DNA of 64,000 bases from Callorhinchus milii (taxonomy: Eukaryota): the NCBI RefSeq assembly GCF_018977255.1, contig NW_024704742.1:78122001-78186000 (forward strand), in the 5' to 3' direction. Each line of letters begins with the position of its first letter. Position 1 is the stretch's first letter. Under the pieces are notes generated by a model. That model did not search any database, was not told where the DNA came from, and was given only the letters and a program-made list of their open reading frames with translations. Shown piece by piece: positions 36,578 through 49,733 of this stretch. A program made the translations under genes and the position numbers.

Positions 36578-37220
36578 GAGGACCTGGGTTTGATTCCCAG
36601 GCAGGGTGAAATAATAATAATCTTGCATTTGATATAGTGTTTTCACATCTTCTAGACATTTCAAAGCGCTTCACAGAATATACTGTAAAGTGAATTGACT
36701 GTATATTTATGGGTGAAACGTAGCAGCCAATTGCGCACAGCAGTGTCCCACAACCATTCATGGATTGAAGTGACCAATTTTATTATTGTTTTTTTTTCTT
36801 GAGGGATTATTATTAGGCATGTGGAGTAAGGAAACTTGCCCAAGGTTTTGCCCTGCCAGGAATCGAACCCAGGTCTCTCGCTTGTGAGGCGAGTGCTCTA
36901 ACCACTGAGCTACAGGACTCCGAATGTTAGGCAAGTTTTCATACTCGCATGCCACTGTTTACCTAAAGGTAAGTAGAAACCTGGTTGTTAGTCATTTGGC
37001 AGATCACTTTTCCGGAGGTAATAATTCCTTCAAAAATAATTATAGTAATAAATTGGTCACTTAAAATCCATGACTCTTTGTGAGACACTGCTGTGTGCAA
37101 TTGACTGCTGCGTTTTGCCCACAAAATATACAGTCAATTCACTTTACAGAATATCCTGCGCTTTGAGACGTTTCGAAGACGTGATAAGGCACTAAATCAA
37201 ATGTAAGGATTATTATTATA
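36578..37220 (+). mobile_element. Long-subfamily SINE interrupted by an antisense short SINE
   Basis: Head remnant at 36578-36611 resumes at 36922 (AATGTTAGGCAAG). Confidence 0.8.
36612..36921 (-). mobile_element. Full-length short-subfamily SINE
   Basis: Head GGAGTCCTGTAGCTCAG, B box GGTTCGATTCC, tail. Confidence 0.9.
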
Positions 37221-38300
37221 ATAATCCTTGTAGTACTTGTAAATGTAACCAGATCAATATGGAAGCATTTGGAAGCGAATATTGTTGTGTTTGCCAGCCT
37301 CCTAACTTCAGACAGATCTGATACAACTCCAGAAACAAGAGTGAGTGGAGCACTCTACAAAAGAATTTTCATTACATTGTTGAAATTGGTATTTTAATAT
37401 TTTAAAACACAAAGATTAGAAGCATTACATATTATCATATGATCTGAGATTATGAAGCAATATAAATATTGGTGATTCTTCGATGGGTGATTAGAGTTCA
37501 TCCAGCTCCCTCTAGGATGCCAATTTTGGAGGATAAATGACCGAGCCTGGTCCAATTCTGGACACTGTTACATATTTCTATAATATGGGTCTCTGAAACC
37601 TTTGTATAGAGGACACGTTTCAAGTCAGGTTTCAGCATTAAAAATGGAACATGTTTGAGATTTAATTAGAGAAGCATATTTATGCACCACATAGTAATTT
37701 ATTCTATTTTAATTGTTATTACAGCTTCATGCTTAATGCATTATGGTAATGTTTATACTCTGCTCAAATGTTCTTTCATTTGTGTAATACGTTCACTTAT
37801 TTTTCAGAATGTTCCATCTTTTTCCTCATCAAATCATATTTGTTTAATATAAAACTGTTGATTTTAAAACATGTGCCTTTCTAGCATTTGAAAATTTCCA
37901 TTTATCATCTACTCCGAAGAAGATGTAAGGTTAATGCATTGGTTGAATGTGATCAGCTATGAAGTCGTCAAGGGATTTTTCTGCTTCATTCATTAATTGT
38001 AGCACATAATTTGATACGATTTCCCATTATTGGGTTATGGTTGCAGCATACCTAAAAGCCTTCTTATTTATTGTAATTGAGGAATGGCAAAGGCATAGTC
38101 ATTTTAAAACCTGTCTTTAATGACCACCTTGGGAATGACTAATGCCTACATGATTTGGATAAAATTATTTCACTCTCATACATCTTACAGTCAATTTAAC
38201 AGCCTTTTTTTATTTCTAGCCTTTTGAGGTCTTTGAATCCTGCCCATTTTGTAAAACTTGAAAATGTTACTGTTAAAATATTTTTAGACCAGTATACATT

Positions 38301-38507
38301 TAATAATAATAATAATAATAATAATAATCCTTGCATTTGATATAGCGCTTTTCACGTCGGGAGGACGTCCCAAAGCGCTTCACAGAATATACTGTAAAGT
38401 GAATTGACTGTATATTTGTGGGCGAACGCGGCAGCCAATGGCGCACAGCAATGTCCCACAAACAGTCGTGGATTGAAAATGACCAATTTATTATTGTTTT
38501 TGGTTTT
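38301..38507 (-). mobile_element. 5'-truncated short SINE with an L2-type hairpin loop
   Basis: (TAA)n tail; AGCGCTTTGGGACGTCCTCCCGACGTGAAAAGCGCT on the minus strand. Confidence 0.9.
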
Positions 38508-38847
38508 AAAGACATTTAAAGACTTTCTGTTCAGCTTGAATAACTCCAATAATTGTAAAAATACAATTTTAAAGGTGAACTGTCATTTTCGTGGCTAGTA
38601 TTCAAAATCTTGTCTCTTTATTTTTTAAAATAAATTGACTATAAGCCATTTCGGGGAGAAAGTATTCGCCCAACGTCAATGGAGTGTTTAGTCCCAAACC
38701 TGTCATTAAATAGTGTTGAGTGATAATTAAGGAATTGAATGCATTTAGGAATATTGCATAGTTGTCCCCTAAATGGACCTGCTATATTTAAAGAACTGAA
38801 TTGTCAGAATTGATAATAACATTTTAAACTTTCTCTTCTAATAACAG

Positions 38848-39015
38848 GCTCGGGATCGTGTTAAAAATGGTCTTACCAAATTGTTGGAAACTAATGATCT
38901 AGTAGATAAAATGAAAATTGAACTTTCAGCTCTGGAGCCTATACTGCAAAAGAAATCAGTTGAAGTGAATGCTTTAATGCAGAAATTGACTGTGGATCAG
39001 GCTGAGGCAGACACG
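38848..39015 (+). CDS. DNAH6: DNAH6 exon 14 (stalk CC1)
   Basis: aacag|GCT...ACG|gtaag; [31 protein letters not shown]...DQAEADT; 168 nt. Confidence 0.96.
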
Positions 39016-41318
39016 GTAAGCAATATAAGGAAATAACTATCACAAAACTGCTGATTATTAAATGTACACTGTTGAGTCCACTCAATTTAAACATTAGTTG
39101 AGAATATAAAAGTTTCAATCTGAGAATATAAGAATTCAAAACAACATTCAGGATGTTTATCTTAATGTGGAATATTTAACACAACGTAGCACTTTCATTC
39201 TGATTAAATATTCTTTGGTAAGTATAGCTTTCTATTTTAACTTGTGAAGTTTTATTTATGAATTTTGACTGAATATCAAATAATAATTAATTTACTTAAA
39301 CTCCACATAGAAGCAGGCGATCAGGCAAACTGGAGGCAGAAGCTGAGAGTCACTGTTTGAGTAAGAGCTTGATGTTACACAGGAACCATACTGTCTGCTC
39401 AGTCCTGACTGCATTCTGATGTTATATCTTAGTTCTTTAGCTCAGGAGGAAACATATCACAGTAATTCTATATTGTTTCTTTCGCACCAAAGTTAATATT
39501 GTGTTTAATTGTTGGTGATTATTTTCCAATTTTTTTTCAGAGTTTCCATGAGTTGTGATGTTCAGTAAGTTGTTGTCTATTTATTTTTGTGAATTGGAGA
39601 GGTTTTTTTTTCCTTTTATTTTCTGCATGAATAAACTGTTGTTTCCCCGTGTGAAATACACAAAATACTGGTGTGGGAATTAATCTGACTCCATTCATTA
39701 CAATGGGCCTGAGCTGACCTGGCTTTGAGGGTCATGCCTGGCAAAGCCAACCAGATCTATAGTACCTATATTCCACTGCAAATGTCGAAACATAAACGTG
39801 ACCACAAAACTACAAGCCAGAGTTTTATTGGATGTGATACTTTCAGCTAGACAAGTGCCGCAGTGGAGATCACCCATTTTTAAATTTATATTATGAGGGA
39901 GGAGGTGATACAACGATGGTATAACTTCTGCTGTTCGTCATTTCAGTCCATTAAAGAGCTGAACAGTCCTAAGGGGGACATTTGTTTTTGAAATGCATGG
40001 ATTTTCAGCAAAAAGCTGAAATAATTATGATGAAGAAAATGGCATTCCATTAAAATATTTAACTTACCAATGGGAGTTTAGAATAGAGGTTAGCCAAAAC
40101 CATCAGTATTTTGTCAGGCATGATGAAGCAATCTGCTGCACATTTAGACAAATCCCATCTATAACAGACATTTGGGGACTGACAATATAGGTTTTCAAAA
40201 TAGGATTAACTCATTTACTAATGATAGTGGAGCACCAGCGAAGGACAGATGCATGATTGCTGCAAAGAAAGTTGCTGAAGGAATATTGCTCACCTCAAAT
40301 TAGAATCTTATGAATGTGCACACAATCCTAATTACAGCGCTTCTCCATTTTACTCAGATAGCACTTCGCTTGACTAATAGAGAAATGTGGCTGGACAGAG
40401 GTTATATAAGAATTGTGGTCGGCATTTAATTTCCTGTTTTAAATTTTCTCCTGGAGTATGAATTTAGAGATTAAGGTCAATTGGATATACTTGTAGACAA
40501 TCTGGCTTTAGAAAATCAAAATGTATCGACTTGTTAAGTTAATGGGAATCGTGATTGCCAGCAGAAAGATGGAAAATAGCAGTCTAACCATAAATATAGG
40601 TTAATACCATCCTGGAGGTTCTTCGTTCAAAAACGATTATAAATTGAGGCTACTATATGGGTTAAAAGTAGAATACAATGGCTCTAATTTGTCCAGTGTG
40701 ATACTAAATTGTATTCTTAAATGGTCATTTAAGCTGCTGAAAGCAAAGGTACTTGTCGTTACTGTTGTGGTAAATTCTGGCTGAGTGTTCACCTGAATAC
40801 TCCCACTAAGTAAATGTAGTTGTTTAAAATAGGATCTGGATAACCGGCATTTAAAACACAGGAAAACTACTATTTTTTTTGAAAAGAATAAGGAAGAGTA
40901 GAGGGCAAGATGTGCAGAGATTTTCTTGTACGCTGTGAGATAACACTGTATTAACTCGGGACGCTTGCCACTTCCGGGGGGGGGGGTTCAGGAAACATTA
41001 AGGAGGTGGTATGGGGAAAGGGCACATCCTACACAGAACAGAGGATTTTTTTTTGTTTTTGTGTGTTGTGTGTGTTTTTGGAACATATGTATCCTGTTTA
41101 ATTATAAAGTTGTATCTGTCCGGCTGGATATCATTACATGCTGATTGCATCCTCTTGTAGTTTGTGGTTAAATTAATCATGTGGTTTGGATTGGCAAAGG
41201 AGGGAGTGGACCTTTTCATGTTGTCTGATGCCAGATTCTCAATTGCTTGATTTGAAGACCAAAATGCCTGGATGAATTTGGCACCCTGCAGTGTTGTCCT
41301 TGGATGACAGCCCTTTGC

Positions 41319-41687
41319 GGAGTCCTGTAGCTCAGTGGTTAGAGCATTCCCCTCACAAGCGAGAGACCTGGGTTTGATTCCCGGCAGGGCAAAATGTGAG
41401 GCAAGTTTCCTTACTCCACACGCCTCTGTTTACCCAGCAGTAAGTAGGAACCTGATTGTTAGTGATTTGGCGGATTGCTTTTCCGGGGGTATTAGTTACT
41501 TTTACAAAAAATTGGTCGCTCAATCCACAACTGTTTGTGGGACACTGCTGTGCGCAATTGGCTGCCGCATTTCGTCCACAAAATATACAGTCAATTCGCT
41601 TTACAGTAAATTCTGTGAAGTGCTTTGAGACGTCTCAAAGATGTGATAAGGCGCTATAGCAAATGCAAGGTTTATTATTATTATTAT
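41319..41687 (+). mobile_element. Full-length long-subfamily tRNA SINE
   Basis: Head, insert and tail all present. Confidence 0.9.
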
Positions 41688-42293
41688 CAAAGAGAGGGAC
41701 CAACATTATTGACAGTAGTAAACACAGACTTATGCTTTCAGCAGTATTTGGACAGAGATCTTTGCATAGTTTAAACCTTTTTTTCTATCTCAGAATAGTG
41801 GTAGAATTAAATACTACTGAAAACACTGTAAAACAGCAAACTAAGAAATAGATACAATGGTTGAAGCAGTGTAGGGAAGAACATTGTTCTGCTGAACTGA
41901 AGCCTCCTGAGTATATTGCAGTTTTTAAATGGAAATAATGATAAAGGTCCCACAAACAATGTTGCTGCTTTCTTAAAGGGGCAACATCCGTTGAGATCTT
42001 GACACATCTAGATAACACCAAATTGGACTTCCAGTGTTGTACAAAGGTTGCTGAGAATGGAGAACACTCTGTGTTCATCTGTGTGATATTGTCTCTCACA
42101 TTTCCAAATAGATTGCTCTCTTGTTTTCTTTGATATCCACTGTGTAAATGACTTGCTGGGTTTGATAGTTGCATTATAATTGTGGAAATAATGAAATGCG
42201 TCCATTATTATAACAGCCTTAAATTTATAGTCAATACTACTCAAATTAAATGTGCAAAGTAATTTCAAAATAGTCTTTTGTTGAATATGATAG

Positions 42294-42529
42294 GTTCGTC
42301 ATGTTGTTCAGCAAGATGAAGCGCTTGCTAAAGTAAAGGCTGAAACTACCCAAGCTATTGCTGATGATGCTCAACAAGATCTTGATGAAGCTATGCCAGC
42401 ATTGGATGCAGCTATCAAAGCTCTTGACTCTTTGGACAAAGCAGATATATCTGAAGTTAGGGTGTTCACTAAACCTCCTGATCTTGTTATGACTGTCATG
42501 GAAGCAATGTGCATCCTGCTTAATGCAAA
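42294..42529 (+). CDS. DNAH6: DNAH6 exon 15 (CC1/microtubule-binding domain)
   Basis: gatag|GTT...AA|gtaagt; VRHVVQQDE...[48 protein letters not shown]; 236 nt. Confidence 0.96.
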
Positions 42530-43789
42530 GTAAGTATACATGACCTCCTTTGTTGTAGTGTTGCAGAAGCATATTTTCGAATGTGAATATTTGAATTCGA
42601 AAACGCATAGTTGGTGTAGTGTCCTACAACTCACATTTTTATAACAATTTTTACACAAAAAAGACCTGAATTGCTTTATGGAATGAAATGATTGAGAAAT
42701 TAGTGAATTTTTTNAATGTAGGCACACTTTGCAAATAATTTTCACTCAGTAACATTCTACAAACAAAGGTGGAAGAGTGGCTACTGGATTTGAATTGGAG
42801 ATGAATATATAAATGAGGAAGGAATGTAAGCCAAGTTAACCAAGAGAAAAACACCCATTCTTTGAGATAGCAGGACAGGATTCCTGGCAATAGTGGATTT
42901 GCTGAAACTAATGAACTGAGAGCTTGGTGGTTTGAATCCCGGTCTGTGTGGTGTTTGCTTGACTCATCTACAGTTGCATGAGGAGACTAAGTTAACCCTC
43001 GTTTCATGGGGTTCCCCCTCTGAGTTTAAAATTAGCCAGGCTGACGGGTACTGACCCATCTTCAGCACATTCTACTGATAGTGTGTATTTGATTGCTGAA
43101 GGCGGGTGATGTGACCCTTTACAGACTTTCCAATACACTGCCAAGGCTCACATGTGACCAATGGCCACTTGGGCACTGTACAGGAGGGTGTTCTGGTCAT
43201 CAGTCCCCAGATAACATTGGTAATTGACATCATGGCTGTTTGTTTGATATTGCTATGCATAAATTGGTTGCCCTGTTTGTCTGTAAAATATACAGTCACT
43301 TGACAATAAAATCCTGTGAAGATTTGAACCTTGCAGTTACCAACTGCATCATCATGGCACTATTCTTGCTGTGTAAAACAAGTGATCTCAATAGTGCAGT
43401 CTAAATGCCAACTCAACAACATTTAAGTATCAGATGATTGTGCCTATAAAATATTTTATTACATATGTAATCCCATGGGTATTTAATTGTTTCACAAAGC
43501 AGTGGAATGTAAATGTTAATCTTGGCTTCCATTATCTTTCATGATCTCAGCAAGAAAGAATTTAAATTTTTCAGAAATATACCAAATTTTGTTTCTTGTG
43601 AGATTAATGTCACTTATAACCCTATTTTATCTGTTTGCTTTACAAAGAAAGCTTTGAGACCTACTTGTTTATATACAATTACCAACCATCAAAGTTCTCT
43701 CAGAAATGAAGTTTTTAGGGGTGAAGTGCTCGACAAATTTGAGAATATCCTTGTATTTGCTACAGTGCCTTATTCTATTGTTGAAACAT

Positions 43790-44157
43790 CTGAAAGCACT
43801 TGACAGGAATTTACTTTAAAATAGAATGACGGTATTTGTAGATAAACGTGGCAGCCAATTTGCACACAGCAAATGTCCCACAAACAGCAATGAAGTAAAT
43901 GACCACACTTATCTGGAAGGCACCATGAGAATCTCTTCTCTTTTCGAATCATGCCATGGAAGCTTTTACATCCACCTGAACAGGCAGACGAGACCTCGGT
44001 TAATGTCCCACCCATAGGTCTGCACTTTTGACAATGCAGCACAAACTCCCAACACAGCAGTAGAGCGTCAGCCTTGCATAAAGTTGAAAGTCCTGACATG
44101 TGGGCATGAACCCACAACCTTCTGATTCAGGCAAGAGTGCAAACGAGTTAGGCTGAT
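43790..44157 (-). mobile_element. Older Deu-domain SINE
   Basis: TGCCATGG...TTTTACATCCACCTGAACAGGCAGAC (Deu core, reverse) plus tRNA-like head. Confidence 0.78.
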
Positions 44158-44379
44158 CCCTCCTTCCAAGCTGAAAAATAAAAGCAATGCCACATTTAGT
44201 ATAAATAAAAGCAAACCTTGTATTACTGACAGAAATTAATTTAAAACAAATTAACCGGTGAATTAACTTTTTTGGAATAAGAGACCTACATTTCACAGAT
44301 CACAAAACATTTAAAAAAATCATTAAAAGTTTCTTTTTAAAGGAGGGGGAGAAACATGTTGTTTGTTTTTGCTTTATAG

Positions 44380-44641
44380 AACTGACTGGGCTTCAGCTAA
44401 ACAAGTTCTGGGTGATTCAAACTTCCTGAAGAAACTTGTGGAATATGACAAAGACAACATTAAACCCCAGGTTCTGCAGAAGCTTCAGAAATATCTTATT
44501 AATCCTGATTTTGTGCCTGAAAAGGTGGAGAAAGTGTCCAGAGCTTGTAAATCCATGTGTATGTGGGTGAGAGCTATGGATCTGTATTCGCGAGTTATTA
44601 AGGAGGTACAACCAAAGCGAGTAAAGCTAGCTGCTGCTCAG
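44380..44641 (+). CDS. DNAH6: DNAH6 exon 16 (MTBD/CC2)
   Basis: tatag|A ACT...CAG|gtaata; [19 protein letters not shown]...[14 protein letters not shown]...[10 protein letters not shown]; 262 nt. Confidence 0.96.
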
Positions 44642-44941
44642 GTAATATATTTATGAATGTATATCACGTTGGCATTAAATAGAGTAAAATTTGGCATGTT
44701 ACATTTCGAAGTTTGCAGCAATAAAAAAGATGATTTGCACGTCTTGATACAAGTCACGTTTCAGGTAGACTTGGTGACAGCAAAGGTTGTTACACTATTG
44801 TTGAAGCTGAAAATTAGACAGCTCATAGTTACAGTGAGATTTCAGACAGTGCCAGTATCTACCTGTCACTTGTTTTTGGAATTAACAACTGAATCATTTT
44901 TACATACAACACTACTTATAAATAAAACATTTCTTCACTAG

Positions 44942-45065
44942 GCTGAACTAGATGCCACTTTGTTGATGCTTAAAGAAAAGCAAAAAAAACTCAAACAAGT
45001 TGAGATGAAGATTGAACAACTTGAAGAACAGTATGAAACCAATGTGAATGAGAAAGAGACTCTTG
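44942..45065 (+). CDS. DNAH6: DNAH6 exon 17 (CC2)
   Basis: actag|GCT...G|gtaag; AELDATLLMLKEKQKKLKQVE...NEKETL; 124 nt. Confidence 0.94.
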
Positions 45066-45947
45066 GTAAGGAGGGTTACTGCTTGAATTGTTTGGGCAAA
45101 TTCTCACTTTTGCTTTCAATTGGAAGAAATTCTGCCAAATGTATTGAGGTGACAAACCTCCTGAAAAGTATTGTGCACTGACAGGAAGCAAGTGATACGA
45201 TATCACTTCCAGCAGTAACTGTTTTGAATAGGATGCTTGATTTTGACTTTCTATTTTTAGAAATAGATTTAATGGGTTCAATTCCATTTAATGTATGGGA
45301 TCTTTGATAATCAAATAAGCAAGTGAACCTGGGTTCAATTCCATTCAGGGCGAAGCCTTAGGCAAGTTTCCTTATTCCACACACACAGATCTCTGCTTAC
45401 CAATAGGAAGTAGGAGCCTGAGTGTTAGTCGATTGGCGGACTGCTTTCCGGGGGTAATAATACCTCCAAAATATGATACATTAAATGTTCTTGGGTCAAA
45501 ATTTAGTTCTGCATTTTGGGTGTGATCTTCTGCAATCACATCCGAAAGTATTCTTGGCAGGCGAGATTCAGGGAGATGATCTTTTGATTTGTTTTGCTCA
45601 ACCATAGTTTATATTACAAAAAAGAGTATAAACCAATATCTGATAGAGTTGTGTTCGGAAGGTACAACCAAATTGAGCAAAGCAGTATTGATTTTCTTTA
45701 AGGAATAGGAGAAGGTGATGTACCACCTCATCTATTTTCCCATTGCTATCTGCTCATTTGATTTAACTTTTATGTTTGCTTTTGCTGTTACCTGTGTTTT
45801 GGAACTTGCTGCTTTTATATGGTGCCGTTCATGTGGGGTAGTGTCTCGGAGCACTTAAAACACTGTCCAGCGAGCAAATAAGCTCCCAAGGTGAAAGGCA
45901 CTATGTAAATGCAAATTTGCTGTTATTTTTATTGTTGTTGTATGTTA

Positions 45948-46200
45948 TCCAGGTTTTATATCAAACCTTTGCTGAGTTAGCTGCTCTTGGTCAATGCTGC
46001 AGATGGGACTCTGCAATTGGATTGTGCCACTGAGAAAAATCAGCCAAAGTTCCTCATCCTGATCACTGTCTTTAAACATGCTTGTTTGTTTGTGTTGAGG
46101 CCAGCATTGGGCTTAGCTGTGATGCTGCCATCATAGTCAAATAGTCTCTAACACTTACTATTAAGCTATCAGTAACCACTTAGGTAAGGTTACCTAGGAG
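45948..46200 (+). mobile_element. Ancient SINE-like repeat (relatives at about 31500-31770 minus and 42920-43180 plus)
   Basis: Shared motifs AAAATCAGCCA, GCTGTGATGC and (GG)CCACTT among copies. Confidence 0.45.
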
Positions 46201-48082
46201 GGAAAGAGTGAGTGAAGAGAAGAAAAGTGGAGAAGGAAACTTGGTGAAATAACTTGTCTGCCGAATTATCAGATGTAAATTGTAGACGTAAAGAGCCAGG
46301 CGAGATTAAAATTTCCTCTCTCTCCACTGTTGTGGGTATGCTGAACAGTCTTTTAGCTAATGATCTGTTGTTTAGTTAGTAATTAGATGTAGGGTCATCA
46401 ACATAGATGCAGATGGATATGATTGAATGCCAGATGGAAGATTTCGGTATCAGAGCAGAGACCAAGGAGATACCAGATCTATGATGCATAATGAAAAATG
46501 TAAAATAAAATATACTGCAGTTTTATTTGACAAGGGACAAACTTTTTTCGCAAGCTAAATGAATTGGATAAATAAATGGTAAATGTGGATAGTTTCCACA
46601 ATACAATGAGTTGTACATTAATTGTAGAAGAAATGGGCTCAATGTGCAAAAGAGTCTTTCCTTATTCCATGATTTGTAAGGTATCTGATGTCTTCAGCAT
46701 TTGGTCAACATTAAAATATTGATTTAGAATGCACCATGTCTTTTTATTAAACGGCCTTCAAAATCAATTGTTTAAATGGATAGAGCCATAGGACCAAACA
46801 AATTTACAGCGAAGGAGAAGGCAAAGGAGCAATCCTTTCTGTACCTGCTCTTTCCCAGTAGTTTACCATTGTTTTAGATATCTGCCTAGTTCCCTTTTGA
46901 AAGGTAAAAAACGGAGTGTGCCATCTGGGAAAGCATCTTCATTGTGTTAAGATGAACATTTTTTCTCCTGTATATATGATCAATGTGCACTTATAATACC
47001 AATCTTATTTTTAAAAGTAATAATCCTTGGGTTTGATGTAGCTAATGTCATGTTGGGAGATGTCTCACAAGTGGAGTGACTGTGCATTTTGTAGGCAAAT
47101 GCAGCAGCCAATTTGCACACAGCAACAATGATCCACAAACAGCTATGAAGTGAATGATTAATTTTATTTCGGAAATTTTTGCCCATTTTATCTGGGTGAA
47201 ATCTTTTGTATTTTATGACGAATACTTTTCCTACAATTTTACCTGTGAAATAAATCGAATTAAATAAGGCTCTGGGGGTATATTTGTTCAAATTTCACAA
47301 CAGATTTGTTCTGATAGCTATCATATTGTATCTATTTTCAATATGATATTATCATTGAATTTGCTATGCAACATAGAATTTCAGGTAATTATTATTAGCT
47401 GATTTCAGGTTTGAACGTCCTTTCAGCTCTGCTGTAATAGTTTGCTCTGCAAGACCCTTTGACCCTTTGAGGCAGCACTTGATTACACAAGAGAGGCTGA
47501 GTTAAATCAATATTCTATTAGATTATCAACACCGATTCTCTAGGCACAGATCTGTGGTCCTCTAGCTTTCATGATTGGCCCAAAGATCTCCTGATCATGG
47601 AGAATGGGGCATTTAATCATCTGAAAATAGGACACTAAAGCTTAACTCAGCCTGTATTGCGTAAAACGATATTCAAGATGTTGATTCTGAGCTGATAAAA
47701 CATGTAGCTTCTGCTGCAAAAAGAGATAGTGGGCAAAACATTCAAATGCTACTATTGGATGTAATCATCGTGCCAGAGCTGCAGGGGCCAAACCTAAAAT
47801 TCAGTTGATAATTGCTGACTGAAATTCAATAGGTTTAATGCCACATAATAAAATGTTAAATCATATGTAATAGATTTGATGCCTATTATAAAATGTTGCA
47901 AATTTTCCACCTATCTTAAATATTTCTGGTGTCAAGAGAATTGATCGTTATTTTAAACTTCTTATTGCATCGGAAATGTGTTTTTTCGTAAATAACAATA
48001 ATTTCTGAATACTTAGCATTTTATTTATTTTGATTGATTGGTTGTGAATATTGCTTTTGACTGTCACGTATTTTCTTTCTAG

Positions 48083-48279
48083 CAAAAACCATGGAAATTA
48101 CTCAGGCTCGGTTATTAAATGCTGGGAAGCTGACGGCTGCTCTTGGAGATGAGCAAGTTCGCTGGAAAGAGAGCATAATTTTGTTTGAACAGGAGATCTC
48201 CAATGTCATTGGAAATGTCTTCATCGCAGCAGCCTGCGTTGCCTATTATGGAGCTTTCACAGCTGTATATCGACAATTG
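48083..48279 (+). CDS. DNAH6: DNAH6 exon 18
   Basis: tctag|CA...TTG|gtacgt; [28 protein letters not shown]...[23 protein letters not shown]; 197 nt. Confidence 0.96.
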
Positions 48280-48289
48280 GTACGTGATG

Positions 48290-48870
48290 CATGGTTGCAC
48301 ACTCCACCTTAATAAGCCAGTCTGGAACCTTGGGGTTTTGTTTGATCCTCAACTATCCTTTCTACCCCACATCTGCGCCATGACCTGCTCTGCCTTCCCC
48401 CCACCTCCACAACGTTGCCCGGTTCCGACACTGTCTCACACCGCAGGCTGTCTTATACACGCCTTCATTACATCGAGGTTCGACTATGCAAACTCACTGC
48501 TTGTTAGCCTCCCCAACTCCTCCCTCCACAGGCTGCAGATCATGCAGAACTGCAGCCCATATCCTCTCCCGCACCAGGCTCCGTGACCCTATCACCCCCA
48601 TCCTCGCCCAACTCCACTGGCTTCCCATCACACAGAGGATACAGCTCACGATCCTGGTCCTCACTTTCAAAGCCCTCCACCATCTTGCTCTCCCCTATTT
48701 CTCCGACTCCTAATCCACTACCACCCTGTTCGCTCCCTCCGCTCAGCGGGCTCCGGCCTGCTTCACGTCCCCACCTTGCTCATCCCACTATTGGCAGGCG
48801 GGTCTTCCGCTACTCTGCACCCAGCTCCTGGAACTCCATCTCGCAGTCCCTCCATTTCGCCCTGCTACTT
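48290..48870 (+). mobile_element. L2 3' fragment starting about 10 nt after the exon 18 donor
   Basis: [23 protein letters not shown]...ITPILAQLHWLP. Confidence 0.88.
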
Positions 48871-48952
48871 TGCTCATACACCAGCCACCCTGGATTTAAT
48901 TGAATTTTGCAGTCTTTGATTTTTGAATTGCTAAACAAACCTCAAGTTAGAT

Positions 48953-49271
48953 ATAATAATAATAATAATCCTTGCATTTGATATAGCACTTTTCACGTCT
49001 TCTCGACGTCCCAAAGCGCTTCACAGAATATACTGTAAAGTGAATTGACTGTATATTTGTGGGCGAACTCGGCAGCCAATTGCGCACAGCAATGTCCCAC
49101 AAACAGTCATGGATTAAAAATGACCAATTCATTATTGTTTTGCTTTTTTAGAGGGATTATTATTAGGCGTGTGGAGTAAGGAAACTTGCCCAAGGTTTCG
49201 CCCTGCCTGGAATTGAACTCAGGTCTCTCGCTTGCAAAGTGAGTGCTCTAACCACTGAGCTACAGGACTCC
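48953..49271 (-). mobile_element. Full-length short-subfamily SINE
   Basis: Near-consensus copy. Confidence 0.92.
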
Positions 49272-49529
49272 ACGTGTATTTGATTATCTGGCCACTGCCA
49301 ATAGATTAGTATGACCATACACTTTTTGGAACATTTTGAGAAATTGTGACAAAACCCCATGAGAAGGATAAGGGATATGTGGGAATTTATTCTGTATTGT
49401 AAAAAATTACAATTGTTGTACAATTAAAATCTACTGGTGTCCAATTTAAAGCAAAGCGTATCAGTAGGAACTGTGCTTTACTATTACCAATGAATTTTCT
49501 TAAACCTTTGAAAAAAAATGTTTTAATAG

Positions 49530-49733
49530 TTAATAGATCAATGGATTACTGGTTGCCAGAACCTGGAAATTCCCATCAGCCAAAACTTCAGCCTTGTCAA
49601 CATTTTAGGGGACCTGTTTGAGATTCGCAATTGGAACACTGATGGTCTGCCCCGTGATAACGTTTCAACTGAAAATGGTATTCTTGTGACACGAGGACGT
49701 CGATGGCCATTGATGATAGATCCGCAAGATCAG
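49530..49733 (+). CDS. DNAH6: DNAH6 exon 19 (AAA5 start)
   Basis: aatag|TTA...CAG|gtgagt; [10 protein letters not shown]...[34 protein letters not shown]; 204 nt. Confidence 0.96.

Noticed and set aside
42246..42608. Antisense ORFs over DNAH6 exons (also 10314, 34424, 44417, 49597, 58693, 59988)
   Set aside because: Expected shadow ORFs opposite coding exons; no independent splice structure or protein motifs.
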